Origin: Deferribacterales bacterium
GTDB taxonomy: Bacteria; Chrysiogenota; Deferribacteres; Deferribacterales; Geovibrionaceae
Assembly: GCA_050253335.1 (NCBI GenBank)
Contig: JBFWJG010000011.1
Span: 1 to 49,807, forward strand
Direction: 5' to 3'
DNA: 49,807 bases
Shown: one piece after another, positions 1 to 9,380 of the stretch
Layout: each line of letters starts with the position of its first letter
How positions within the stretch are numbered: the first letter of the stretch is position 1
Made by a program: the position numbers and the translations under genes
Notes under the pieces: generated by a model
What the model saw: only the letters and a program-made list of their open reading frames with translations
What the model was told of the DNA's origin: nothing
Databases searched by the model: none

Positions 1-179
1 AGTATTTTAAGCAGATTATTCGCCTCAGCCACATACATTATATGCAGTTTTCACTTCAATTTCCCGCTTCTGATAATACAATAAAATAATTTTGTTTCAT
101 TTATCAACGTTTTTAAGTATCATGGTCGGAAATATACGTCATTTAAAAAATATTAACCAAAAGCTAAAACGGTGAAAAA

Positions 180-1811
180 ATGAGAAATCTTACCATCAGA
201 AAAAAAATAATGGCAATACTCATAGTCGGCAGCGTTCTTTTCCTTGTGCTTGGTATTTACAACAACCTTACCATAAGAAAGCTGGGCAGTCTTACTTCCG
301 AACAGGGGATGTCCTTTAATAAATCCACAGCAATCCGCGACATGGAAATGGTAAACCTGAAGCTGAACCTCACCGCTATGGATATCATAGTAGACAGGCT
401 GGACGGATTTGTCGATGAGGAACGCAGAAAAGAGCTTGAAGACCTGCACACTTCATACATAGAAAACAAAAAAATAATCTCTGAAATGATTACCGAAGAG
501 GAAACCCTCAAAAAATTCGAAAAAATTTACGCAGGCATAGACAAGCTCTATTCACTTATCACCGACGACCTCATTAAGGCAGTGGAAGACAGGGCGGATA
601 ATTCTGTATTCGGAGCTTTCGACAACATAATAGACGACACAAGCTCTGCCATTGACAACGAGATGCAGGAAATCCTCACAGGAATCAACAGCGAGGTTGA
701 CCGCACCTCCGCATCCGCCGCGCTCATTAGCAAAACCTCTGTTATCAGCAGTCTTGTTATCATGCTGATCATCATAGCAGTGAACACAGCCATAACACTT
801 CTTGTTTCAGCTTCCATAATCAAGTCAGTAAAAACAATCACCGTGACGGCAAGGGATCTCGCCGAAGGTGAAGGCGACCTCACCAAGGAAATACGCGTGG
901 ATGCCTATGACGAAACGAAAGTTCTGGCAGACTACATAAACACATTCATCGCCAAAGTAAGGCAGACAGTGCACACCATACAGCAGTCTTCGGAATCTGT
1001 CTCCGCGGGAACAAGCGAGCTTGCCGCCTCCACGGAACAGCTTTCCAACACAATGAGCCAGCAGACCTCCCAGATATCCAGCATCGCCGCCTCTGTTGAG
1101 GAAATGGCAGCCACATCAAAAGAGATAGCTCAAAATGTGGGCGAGGTTCTTCAGAGATCACAGGAGGCGAACAGCCTCACTGAAAACGGAAAAATGAAGC
1201 TCGATTCCGCTGTCAGGGACATAGGCGACATCAAGCGCAGTGTCGAGGACATGGCAAACACCATCAGCGAACTCTCTGACTCGTCAGAAAAAATCGGCGC
1301 CATACTCGATGTTATTAACGATATAGCGGATCAGACAAACCTTCTCGCCCTCAACGCGGCAATAGAAGCGGCAAGAGCCGGAGAAGCAGGCAGAGGCTTC
1401 GCCGTTGTCGCTGACGAAGTGAGAAAGCTCGCAGAGCGCACCCAGAACGCCACTGGCGAAGTGGGAGGAATCATATCCACCCTCAGAAAAGAAACCGAAA
1501 ATGCTTCAGGCAGCATGAAAAAAGCAGTCGGAGCTGTGGGAAAAGGGGTGACGACGATATCCGAAACCGGAGAAATTTTCGAGCAGATAATGGTTTCCGT
1601 GAAGGATATCTCCCTGAACAACAGCGCCATAAGCAGTGCGGTTAACGAAGAGAGCGACGCAGTGGATTCCGTGAACGACAACGTGCAGATGATATCCTCC
1701 GGACTGGAGCAGAGCAGCATAGCCCTCTCCGAGATATCGCACACAATCAGCGATCTCCAGAAACAGTCGGAAGATCAATATAGAGTTGTAAACCGCTTCA
1801 AAGTAGTGTAG
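180..1811 (+). CDS. Methyl-accepting chemotaxis protein (2 TM, periplasmic sensor, HAMP, signalling domain)
   Basis: Two hydrophobic segments, a HAMP-like 'LAEGEGDLT...DE' region and the canonical MCP hairpin '[40 protein letters not shown]'. Confidence 0.97.
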   Translation: MRNLTIRKKIMAILIVGSVLFLVLGIYNNLTIRKLGSLTSEQGMSFNKSTAIRDMEMVNLKLNLTAMDIIVDRLDGFVDEERRKELEDLHTSYIENKKIISEMITEEETLKKFEKIYAGIDKLYSLITDDLIKAVEDRADNSVFGAFDNIIDDTSSAIDNEMQEILTGINSEVDRTSASAALISKTSVISSLVIMLIIIAVNTAITLLVSASIIKSVKTITVTARDLAEGEGDLTKEIRVDAYDETKVLADYINTFIAKVRQTVHTIQQSSESVSAGTSELAASTEQLSNTMSQQTSQISSIAASVEEMAATSKEIAQNVGEVLQRSQEANSLTENGKMKLDSAVRDIGDIKRSVEDMANTISELSDSSEKIGAILDVINDIADQTNLLALNAAIEAARAGEAGRGFAVVADEVRKLAERTQNATGEVGGIISTLRKETENASGSMKKAVGAVGKGVTTISETGEIFEQIMVSVKDISLNNSAISSAVNEESDAVDSVNDNVQMISSGLEQSSIALSEISHTISDLQKQSEDQYRVVNRFKVV

Positions 1812-1840
1812 ATAATTATCCGCGCTTTTGCGGAAAAAAG

Positions 1841-1867
1841 TGAAGTTTTCACATTTTCTGCCGAAAC
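1841..1867 (+). promoter_or_regulatory. Putative sigma28 (FliA) promoter
   Basis: TGAAGTTT-N11-GCCGAAAC versus consensus TAAAGTTT-N11-GCCGATAA, ending 9 nt before ATG 1877. Confidence 0.65.
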
Positions 1868-1876
1868 ATTAAACGG

Positions 1877-2398
1877 ATGAATATCCAAACTAAGCTCACA
1901 GGTGCGGGAAAGGTGCTCAGAGTTCCTTATTATTTAGCTACGGCTGTTTTTACAGTTTTCTTAACAATATCATGCGGAAGCGCAGGCACAGCATCCGGCC
2001 CGCACACAACAGAGGCCGGCACAACCCCCGTATCGGCAAGCACCGCGGACACGTTTCACGGAACATACAGGCTTGCAGAAATATACTCCAGTGACCTCAG
2101 CATTGTTAAGGCCCAGGGGACGCAGTATGTGGATTCTGAAAAAAACAGGGTAAGAATAGAGCTTGAAATATCGACCCTGCTTGATACTTATAAAATTGAG
2201 AGAGAATACCCCATAGAATTCGGTAAATCCTCCTTCAGTCTCGCATCAGCAGCAGCGGAGGAATACGGTTCCGAAAACCAGACCGGCGGAAAAACCTATT
2301 TCATCGACAGCCACTATCTGGCAGAAATATCCGACTTTCAGGCCTTTCTGAACATCGAATGGCAGAAAGTTTCAGACCGAATTAACGGAAAAATCTGA
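1877..2398 (+). CDS. Hypothetical protein, probable lipoprotein
   Basis: 173-aa ORF with a hydrophobic N-region ending in lipobox-like 'LTISC', followed by a terminator. Confidence 0.75.
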   Translation: MNIQTKLTGAGKVLRVPYYLATAVFTVFLTISCGSAGTASGPHTTEAGTTPVSASTADTFHGTYRLAEIYSSDLSIVKAQGTQYVDSEKNRVRIELEISTLLDTYKIEREYPIEFGKSSFSLASAAAEEYGSENQTGGKTYFIDSHYLAEISDFQAFLNIEWQKVSDRINGKI

Positions 2399-2410
2399 TA
2401 TATCCGCAAC

Positions 2411-2445
2411 GATGCCGCAACCTGAGAGGGAAGCGGCATTTTTTT
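2411..2445 (+). terminator. Rho-independent terminator
   Basis: GATGCCGC...GCGGCATT stem followed by a T-run. Confidence 0.8.
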
Positions 2446-2496
2446 CTTTCATCTTCATGCTTTAAGTAATATCATACTCACCGGAAAGGTGAAAAA

Positions 2497-2955
2497 ATGA
2501 TCAGAATATCTGCGGTATTTCTAATCGTGCTTATGGCTGCCGCCTGCGCCCAGATGGTAAACTACTATGCCTCGAATGTGAGCATAAGAATAGACAAGGC
2601 AGACATACGCAACAAAGCCAGCTTCGACAAGGTTGATCTGGATGTGGATCTCTCAATCAAAAACGACAACCTCTTCCCTGTGTACATAACCGGATTCACC
2701 TATAACGTGCTGATAGGCAAATCCATAGTCGCATCAGGCAAAAACCCCGACAACGAAAGCTTCATGGTAAAGGAAAAAAACACAGGAAAACTGTCTTTCA
2801 GCATGTCAATACGCCCGAAAAGAGCCGGACAGGAATTTATAAAAGCTTATCTGGATGAGGATGCGGAAATGAAAATTTACGGTAAAGTTTACGCAACTTC
2901 AGATCTCGGGAACTTTACTTTCAACTATTCCCGCACCCATAAACTGAAGAAATAA
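2497..2955 (+). CDS. LEA type 2 / WHy-domain lipoprotein
   Basis: Lipobox 'MAAAC' and 'LSIKNDNLFPVYITGFTYNVLIG..IVASG', matching the LEA_2 N-x-N motif region. Confidence 0.8.
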   Translation: MIRISAVFLIVLMAAACAQMVNYYASNVSIRIDKADIRNKASFDKVDLDVDLSIKNDNLFPVYITGFTYNVLIGKSIVASGKNPDNESFMVKEKNTGKLSFSMSIRPKRAGQEFIKAYLDEDAEMKIYGKVYATSDLGNFTFNYSRTHKLKK

Positions 2956-3156
2956 TCAGGCTATAGCATCGAAAAAGTTGCCTTTTTCTCCGCCTGAATT
3001 TTTAGGCAGTTCTGCCGACTCTATAAGTTTGAGAACCGCAGCGCCCTGACTTTCCTGAACATCCAGAGCCTTTCTGGCAACTGTTACGGAAGCCTGCATG
3101 GCGTATTCAGTCTGTTTCATCTGTGAAAATCCGGAAGCAAGTGAAGCAAGATCCAT
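2956..3156 (-). CDS. YjfB family putative motility protein
   Basis: 66 aa 'MDLASLAS...VARKALDVQESQGAAVLKLIES...GNFFDAIA'. SD AAGGAG before ATG 3156, sigma28 promoter upstream. Confidence 0.8.
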   Translation of the reverse strand: MDLASLASGFSQMKQTEYAMQASVTVARKALDVQESQGAAVLKLIESAELPKNSGGEKGNFFDAIA

Positions 3157-3177
3157 AATTCTCTCCTTATTCAACAT

Positions 3178-3204
3178 ATATCGGCATAAGACATGATTTC
3201 TTGA
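3178..3204 (-). promoter_or_regulatory. Putative sigma28 (FliA) promoter
   Basis: Minus strand TCAA-N15-GCCGATAT upstream of the yjfB-like gene. Confidence 0.75.
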
Positions 3205-3233
3205 GAGAAAATCCCCTTTTTGATCAAATAATT

Positions 3234-3260
3234 AAAAAAGGAGCCCGACAAAGGGCTCCC
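3234..3260 (-). terminator. Rho-independent terminator with no annotated CDS directly upstream
   Basis: Minus strand GGAGCCC-tttgtc-GGGCTCC-TTTTTT. Confidence 0.8.
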
Positions 3261-3351
3261 GGGAGCGGCAAACAGCCTATTCTATGCCGAAACGCTTCAG
3301 GTCATTTTCAACATTATGCGAACCCGCCGCGTCATCCGCTTCTTTAAAATA
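3234..3351 (-). ncRNA. Candidate small structured RNA (unassigned)
   Basis: Lies between two minus-strand terminators, has a possible TTGCCT-N16-TATTAT promoter, and forms a rod-like fold that relies on G-U pairs available only on the minus strand. Confidence 0.45.
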
Positions 3352-3383
3352 TCCACTATAATAAGCATATATTCAGTTCAGGC

Positions 3384-3420
3384 AAAAAAAAAGCGGGGAG
3401 CCTTCCGACTCCCCGCCTTT
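3384..3420 (-). terminator. Rho-independent terminator of the 3446-3820 gene
   Basis: Minus strand GCGGGGAG-tcggaagg-CTCCCCGC followed by 9 T. Confidence 0.85.
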
Positions 3421-3445
3421 ATTCTTCAGGTGATTACGTTTATTT

Positions 3446-3820
3446 TCAGTTTGCGGTTATGGGACCGAAAACAGAGCCGTCTCTTCTTACATGGAAGTAG
3501 AAGGTGTTTCCGTTGGCGTCTTTCACAGTTGCCTGGAAAGCCTCGCCTCTGGGCATTACAAATTTGTCAAACTTCTCTATTTTGAAGCCTTTGAAGTTTT
3601 CCGCCACATATTTTTCGACAGCCGCTTTTGCAGCTTCTTCTGTAACGGGCTGATACTCACCAGCAGGACCTCCGCAGGGGCCTCCGCCGCAGGGTGACTG
3701 ATAGCCGGCTCCGCCGCAGGGACCGAAACCGCCTCTGCCTCCCTTAGCTCCGGGGCCGTATGCGAAGGCCATTCCGGCAGCCATAACAACCGCAAGTGTT
3801 AACAATGCCGCTTTTTTCAT
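3446..3820 (-). CDS. Secreted Gly/Cys-rich protein with PepSY-like C-terminal domain
   Basis: SD AGGAGG before ATG 3820, signal peptide 'MKKAALLTLAVVMAAGMAFA', repeats of GPCGG, then 'VTEEAAKAAVEKY...FQATVKDANG...FHVRRDG'. Confidence 0.75.
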   Translation of the reverse strand: MKKAALLTLAVVMAAGMAFAYGPGAKGGRGGFGPCGGAGYQSPCGGGPCGGPAGEYQPVTEEAAKAAVEKYVAENFKGFKIEKFDKFVMPRGEAFQATVKDANGNTFYFHVRRDGSVFGPITAN

Positions 3821-3859
3821 ATCTTTCCTCCTTGATATTAAAAACTCTCCCCATACAGA

Positions 3860-3876
3860 AGCCAGATGCGTGCCAA
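3860..3876 (-). promoter_or_regulatory. Putative sigma54 promoter
   Basis: Minus strand TTGGCACGCATCTGGCT (GG-N10-GC). Confidence 0.75.
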
Positions 3877-3935
3877 AGCAGACAAAACAGCTTAACATAC
3901 TCATAAATAAGCTAATTAGACCAATATCAGCACTC

Positions 3936-3978
3936 CTGCACTGTGCAGTTTCTGCACACCTGTGTGCAGGTATTTCAT
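3936..3978. promoter_or_regulatory. Putative upstream activator sites for a sigma54 enhancer-binding protein
   Basis: Alternating CTGCAC/GTGCAG half-sites at 3936, 3943, 3952 and 3964, including the palindrome GTGCAG-TTT-CTGCAC, 60-100 bp upstream of the sigma54 promoter. Confidence 0.55.
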
Positions 3979-4091
3979 AGTCAGTCGTTAGGATTTCAGG
4001 ATAATTCCGGTGCTGAAATAGATTTAAAAACAATTCTCTATCTGTTAGAATTAATCCAGAAGCTATTTATCACACAAAAAAGGATTAACCG

Positions 4092-5561
4092 ATGAAACTA
4101 AGAAAAATTCTTTTACCGGCAGTATTTTTAATGGTCTCATTCATTATTTCCGCCTGCGGGGGCGCAGATGCAACAGCAGGAAACGGCAGTTCCGAAGCCA
4201 GCGTATCCCTTCGCAGTCTGTCCGCTCCGTTTACAAATGAAACAGGCGAGGTAAGCTTCGGCTACAAGATCAGCGGGCTCTACCTTGATGTTTACACCCA
4301 CGGTGCGCACAGCCCCAACGTCAGGCTGAATATCCTGAACCAGATAAGAAACGGCGACAGCGAAGTCATAATAGACGGTCTTGAAGCCGGCAGGGAATAC
4401 ACATTTTCCGTGGCGGCCTACGGTGTGAAAAATCTCATGCTCTGCAGCGGCTCCGACACTGCGGTAATAGCTGAAAATACAGATACCGAAATTAACCTGA
4501 CATGCAGATTCGACAATGAAACCACTCTTCAGGCGGCGGTTTACGAAATCGCAGACTTTTTTGTGAGCGACAATGATAAAACCGCGGCCGAGATCGAGGC
4601 TTTTATAGCCGACAATGACACGTTCGGAATTGAGAACGGCCTTGACAGAGAAGAGTTTATACAGGACGTTCTGGATGATGACGAAGAACTGATCCCTGCG
4701 CCGGTTGAGGATGTTGAGATTGTCTCCGTCCAGCCTGCGGCAAACGGCAAAATGCTTACAATAAAAATCAAATATGAGGACGGAAGCTACGAACTCCACA
4801 CTCTGCGCGCCGTCAAGCAGAACGGAATATGGAAATACGCCGGCAACAACATGCTCTACGAACTTGAGATAGCCCCCCGAACCGTTAAGGCATATTACCC
4901 TGACAACCACACGGAGACCTATTCAGGGCTCCACGCCGATGTGTATGACATGGCAGGGGGAATCGATTACATAACCGTGACAGGCCCGCTTCTCCCCGCC
5001 GCGGGGACAAAGATGATCCGCAACACATACGGCGGTGACGCTTTCATTTTTCAGGCGGCAGACAACGGCACAGCAGGCGGCGGACTGCGCCTTTTTGACA
5101 AATCTGTGTACCCCTTTGAAAATGACAACATAACAGCCGTTGCAGACAACTCCACATATACATTCAAGGCGTACAACGCAAACAACATGCTCCTTGAAAC
5201 ACGCACCCTCACCCTGCCTGTCCGCCCGTTCACTCCCGCTGAAGCGACAGACGGTTATTTCCTCAGGCCGACAACGGAAATAAGCAGTGTTGTGACGGAT
5301 TACAAAACAGCGGATTTCAGCGCGGTAATGGCAAAGCCGTCCGCGATGCATCCTGTTTTCATGCGGGCAACATTTGAAGCCAGCGACGGCTATATGCTGC
5401 ATGATTTCTTTGAGAAAGCACTGCCTGTCAATACCGCTCAGCATAATCTCACTTTCGCGACATCAGGCATGACCTTCACCCCGCTTCACGGAAGCTTCAG
5501 CTCAAAAGCTGTTTTTGCTAACGGACGGGAGACGCTTTACGTCAAAGAAATGAGCCACTAA
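4092..5561 (+). CDS. Hypothetical surface lipoprotein with FN3-like segment
   Basis: Lipobox 'IISAC-GG' and FN3-like 'VIIDGLEAGREYTFSVAAYG'; 489 aa, rich in predicted beta strands. Confidence 0.8.
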   Translation: MKLRKILLPAVFLMVSFIISACGGADATAGNGSSEASVSLRSLSAPFTNETGEVSFGYKISGLYLDVYTHGAHSPNVRLNILNQIRNGDSEVIIDGLEAGREYTFSVAAYGVKNLMLCSGSDTAVIAENTDTEINLTCRFDNETTLQAAVYEIADFFVSDNDKTAAEIEAFIADNDTFGIENGLDREEFIQDVLDDDEELIPAPVEDVEIVSVQPAANGKMLTIKIKYEDGSYELHTLRAVKQNGIWKYAGNNMLYELEIAPRTVKAYYPDNHTETYSGLHADVYDMAGGIDYITVTGPLLPAAGTKMIRNTYGGDAFIFQAADNGTAGGGLRLFDKSVYPFENDNITAVADNSTYTFKAYNANNMLLETRTLTLPVRPFTPAEATDGYFLRPTTEISSVVTDYKTADFSAVMAKPSAMHPVFMRATFEASDGYMLHDFFEKALPVNTAQHNLTFATSGMTFTPLHGSFSSKAVFANGRETLYVKEMSH

Positions 5562-5568
5562 AATCCTC

Positions 5569-5596
5569 AAGGCGGGGAGCATTCCCCGCCTTTTTT
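5569..5596 (+). terminator. Rho-independent terminator
   Basis: GGCGGGGA-gcat-TCCCCGCC-TTTTTT. Confidence 0.85.
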
Positions 5597-5679
5597 GCAC
5601 CCTCCTCTCAATAAGTCTTTCAAAATTTTTAAGAAGAGTATAAAATTCTTTATCTTTCACTAACATACAGGAGAACAGC

Positions 5680-6729
5680 TTGAGCAGAAGACCTGTCACT
5701 GTTTTTTTCAAACTCGGCGCCCTCGGGGATACAATAATGACCACACCGGCGCTGAGAGCATACCGCAAATCCTTTCCCCATGAAGAAATCATCTATATCA
5801 TAGGCAAAACCTGCGAGGCGGCTCTCCTTGGCAATCCCAATATTGACAGGCTCATAACCTTTGAAGACGATGCCTTTTACACAGGCGGACTGTTCGGACG
5901 GATGAAAACCGTTTTCAAGGTCACAAACCTGATAAAGTCATTCATGGCAGAGAAAATATTCATCATGCAGCGGGAAGGCGCATGGGATCAGGCGGCAAAA
6001 AAAGCGAACGTGCCGGAGCGTTTCGGATTCGGCGACAGCAAATACCTCACAAAAAAGCTCATAAACTGTGAGGACTTCCACGATGTCGATTCATATATCG
6101 AGCTCTGCAAGCTGGCAGAAGGGTTCAGACCGGACGGGCACGCCATGAATGTCTACCACAGCGATGCGGAACCGGAAAGAATCAGAAATCTCTCAGGTAG
6201 GCTTTTTGACAAAAAAGTTATCGCAGTAGCCCCCGGCGGGCGCTCCGGAATGAAAACCGAAGACGACCTCAGGCGCTGGCGCGGGTATCTTGAACTGATT
6301 AAACAGATAGTCACGGAAACCGACTGCAATGTACTCGTGATAGGCTCAAGGAGCGACAAGCTGCTGCTGGACACAAGCGGTTTTGACGAATCACGGGTGA
6401 AAAACCTCTGCGGAAAAATCCCCGTTGCGGGTTCTTACGCCGCCCTGAAACGCTGTGCGCTGCTCATTGCCAACGACGGCGGAGCGATGATTCTCGGTGC
6501 GGCGGCGGGAATCCCCGTTGTTGCGATATTCGGTCCCACAAGCCCGCTGAACAGATACCCGATCACAAACCACCTCAGCCGCTATATCTGGCTTGAGAAA
6601 AAATGCTCCCCCTGCATAAAAGACGGCAGCTTCCCGAAAAAAACCGACCACTCCTGCATGAAGGACATAACCCCTGATATGGTCTTTTCGGAAGTGAAGG
6701 ACATCCTCAGCCAGCTCGAAAAGAAATAA
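5680..6729 (+). CDS. Glycosyltransferase family 9 (LPS heptosyltransferase, WaaF-like)
   Basis: 'ALGDTIMTTPALRA', 'NPNID', 'IANDGGAMILGAAAGIPVVAIFGPT', 'CMKDITPDMV'; TTG start with SD AGGAG. Confidence 0.92.
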   Translation: MSRRPVTVFFKLGALGDTIMTTPALRAYRKSFPHEEIIYIIGKTCEAALLGNPNIDRLITFEDDAFYTGGLFGRMKTVFKVTNLIKSFMAEKIFIMQREGAWDQAAKKANVPERFGFGDSKYLTKKLINCEDFHDVDSYIELCKLAEGFRPDGHAMNVYHSDAEPERIRNLSGRLFDKKVIAVAPGGRSGMKTEDDLRRWRGYLELIKQIVTETDCNVLVIGSRSDKLLLDTSGFDESRVKNLCGKIPVAGSYAALKRCALLIANDGGAMILGAAAGIPVVAIFGPTSPLNRYPITNHLSRYIWLEKKCSPCIKDGSFPKKTDHSCMKDITPDMVFSEVKDILSQLEKK

Positions 6730-6734
6730 TCATA

Positions 6735-6764
6735 TTGAACAATCCTCCCGCCGGATGTTAAAAT
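6735..6764 (+). promoter_or_regulatory. Putative sigma70 promoter with extended -10; leaderless addB transcript
   Basis: TTGAAC-N18-TAAAAT with TG at the extended position, 6 nt before ATG 6771; no SD. Confidence 0.55.
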
Positions 6765-6770
6765 CCGCTT

Positions 6771-9380
6771 ATGATTCATGCATTCAGAACCCCTTCGGGA
6801 AAGCCCGTTATTCCCGTTATCTCGGAATATCTTAACGATGCCGGACTCCTCAGCGGCAAGGTCTGCTGCGTTCTGCCCACAGGGAGGAACAAACGCTCGC
6901 TGGCACTCAGGCTCAGCAAATCGGAGAAATCACCCGTCATACTGAGCATTCCTGAATTCAACGGCTATCTTTTCCGCACCGAAAAACCTGTTGTTCCGCA
7001 GGAGCTCAGGCATTTCTACATGAAACAGGCGGCGGAACGCCTCAGCACGGATGAAAAACTAGCGCTGTTCAAACGCACTGACCCTGATTTCATGGAAAAC
7101 TTCATCACGTTCGCCGAAACAGGGAGTGCTTTTTTCCGCTTTTTCAGGGAGATCAAGGGCGAGCTCATAACGGCGCAGGAGCTCGCGAAGCACTCCCTCT
7201 ACACCGACTACGAACGCCAGACACACATACTGTACGCCCTCTGGAAGTCATATACCGGAATTCTGGATGAAAACGGACTGTGCGATTCCTCGGAAATTTT
7301 CGACAACCCACGGTTCAATAAGTTTTTTACGGACAGATTCACCGACTATGTGTTCCTTATCACAGGATTCCTGACAAGGCATGAGATGCGGACGCTCAGA
7401 ATGCTCTCAGAAACCGGATCCGTACACCTGTTTTTTCACTTTTTGGGCGAAAAAACAGTTAACCACAAAGAGATTGAAGAAACACTGAACATAACCTTGC
7501 CTGATGATGAACAAGCCCTGCCGCAGGTAAGCATCGAAGCGGCGGAAACCGGATCACGGCTGGAGGAATATGAGCTCATAGTCGAGAAAATATATGAAAC
7601 CGCGGCGAAAGGGATCGACTTTAAGCACATGGCAGTGATCCTTCCCGATGAAAATATGAAGGCTTACTTCATAGAGCATGATATTTACAACCTTTTCAAC
7701 ATTACGGCAGGAACAGACGGAACCTATTCTGAAATATACCATACTGCGGACATAATCAGACAGGCGGCGGAAGAGAACATGCTCTCCGGCGGCCTCATAC
7801 GCATAGAAACAATGGAAAAACTAGCCGCTCAGCCTTTTCTGAAAAAGATAAACGGCTTCTCGTTCCTCGCTGAAAGGCTGAAAGATCTGACAGCCATGAA
7901 GCGCCTTGCGGTTACCCTTGAGGAAACGGCGGGATTCCCTTCCGTGCGCAAAGTGCTTGCGCCCTTCTTCAACGAAACCCGCACGACTCTGCCCGATGCG
8001 GCTAAGAAGCTGATGGATCTCGCGGAAGTTTTCCTTGAAAACTGCGGTGACGAAAGAGAGAAACAGCACGGAACTCTGGTTATCAAAGAACTGAAAAGAC
8101 TCAGAGCCGTTTATGCACCTGTGACAGATGTTTTCCCCATGCACACCGCCATCACCCAGCTTATGGGCGGGCTGGCGCGCATAGGTTTTCACCGCCCGGG
8201 GGGCGATGTAACGGTTATGGGGCTGCTGGAAACAAGAAACATGCATTTCGATGCGGTTTTTATTCCCAATATGAATGCCGATGTTTTTCCGCCTTCCAGC
8301 GACAAGGATCTTTTTCTGAACACCGAAATCCGCAGAAACCTCCGCCTGCCCACTTTTCAGGACAGGGAGCACCTCATCAAAAACTATATGAGCCAGATAA
8401 TAGCCAAAAGCAGATTCACTTTTATATCATGCATTTCCCGCGATAAGGGCGCATCATACAGGAGCCCGTTCCTTGAAGAGCTCATAATAAAAAGACGGCT
8501 GATTATCCGCCCATACTCCTCGTCAGGCTTCCGCATATTCAGCACATCGGAAAAAGGCCTGAAGCTCCATGAAGTAAGCTCTTTCAAACCTGATTCGGGC
8601 ATAGGGCTCAAGCTGAAAAGACGCGGCATATCAGCCACAATGCTCAATGACTATATCGCCTGTCCGTACAGGTTTTACGCAAAATATATAATCGGCCTCA
8701 AACCCGCAGAAAGGCCGGAGGACTCCATTCCGCCGTATGAATACGGCAAGGCTCTGCACAGCGTTCTGGAAAACATTTACTCAGCAGGTCTGCCTGAAAA
8801 TGCGGAAGAGCTCCACAGCCGCATATACAAAGGTTTTCTGGAAGCAATGGGCAGATTTGACGCATACAAAGTAAATCCCCTTGAGAAAGAACAGGTTCAG
8901 GATTTGGCTGAAAGGCTTTACTACTTTGCCGTGAATGAAATAAACCGTTTTGCGGAAGGCTGGCGCCCTAAGACGGAAGAGGACGACTTAGAGGCGGAGA
9001 TAAACGGAATGCGCCTGAAAGGCAGGCTGGACAGAACAGACGAAAACAGCGGCAGAACTGCTGTGATCGACTATAAACTCAAAACTGTCAAAGACTTCAA
9101 AGATTTTAAGCCTGAGAAAATAAAAGATGTGCAGATGCCGCTCTACGCTCTGCTTTTCATGCACAAACACGGGCACCTGCCTGATGAAATCCTTTGGTAT
9201 GACATAAAAAAAGAGTTCAGAACCGTCAGAGCATTCGACGTAAGCTGCATGGATGAGTTCAGGGAGTTTCTGGACGGCCTGCTGAACCGGATAGCCGACC
9301 CTGAGCAGTCTTACCCCAGAACAGACAAACAGGCGGACTGCAAATACTGCGATTACTCCGATCTGTGCGGGAGAAGCTGA
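6771..9380 (+). CDS. addB: AddB-like subunit: inactive helicase plus PD-(D/E)XK nuclease with Fe-S cluster
   Basis: 'VMGLLETR', 'SATMLNDYIACPYRFY', 'LKGRLDRTD...VIDYK' and C-terminal 'CKYCDYSDLC'; TGATG overlap with addA. Confidence 0.9.
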   Translation: MIHAFRTPSGKPVIPVISEYLNDAGLLSGKVCCVLPTGRNKRSLALRLSKSEKSPVILSIPEFNGYLFRTEKPVVPQELRHFYMKQAAERLSTDEKLALFKRTDPDFMENFITFAETGSAFFRFFREIKGELITAQELAKHSLYTDYERQTHILYALWKSYTGILDENGLCDSSEIFDNPRFNKFFTDRFTDYVFLITGFLTRHEMRTLRMLSETGSVHLFFHFLGEKTVNHKEIEETLNITLPDDEQALPQVSIEAAETGSRLEEYELIVEKIYETAAKGIDFKHMAVILPDENMKAYFIEHDIYNLFNITAGTDGTYSEIYHTADIIRQAAEENMLSGGLIRIETMEKLAAQPFLKKINGFSFLAERLKDLTAMKRLAVTLEETAGFPSVRKVLAPFFNETRTTLPDAAKKLMDLAEVFLENCGDEREKQHGTLVIKELKRLRAVYAPVTDVFPMHTAITQLMGGLARIGFHRPGGDVTVMGLLETRNMHFDAVFIPNMNADVFPPSSDKDLFLNTEIRRNLRLPTFQDREHLIKNYMSQIIAKSRFTFISCISRDKGASYRSPFLEELIIKRRLIIRPYSSSGFRIFSTSEKGLKLHEVSSFKPDSGIGLKLKRRGISATMLNDYIACPYRFYAKYIIGLKPAERPEDSIPPYEYGKALHSVLENIYSAGLPENAEELHSRIYKGFLEAMGRFDAYKVNPLEKEQVQDLAERLYYFAVNEINRFAEGWRPKTEEDDLEAEINGMRLKGRLDRTDENSGRTAVIDYKLKTVKDFKDFKPEKIKDVQMPLYALLFMHKHGHLPDEILWYDIKKEFRTVRAFDVSCMDEFREFLDGLLNRIADPEQSYPRTDKQADCKYCDYSDLCGRS

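Noticed and set aside
1..179. c-di-GMP riboswitch or sigma28 promoter upstream of the MCP
   Set aside because: No GEMM-type stems and no GCCGA-type -10 with correct spacing.
3821..4033. N-terminal extension of the 195-aa ORF
   Set aside because: It runs through the sigma54 promoter and activator sites; the SD and signal peptide indicate a start at 3820.
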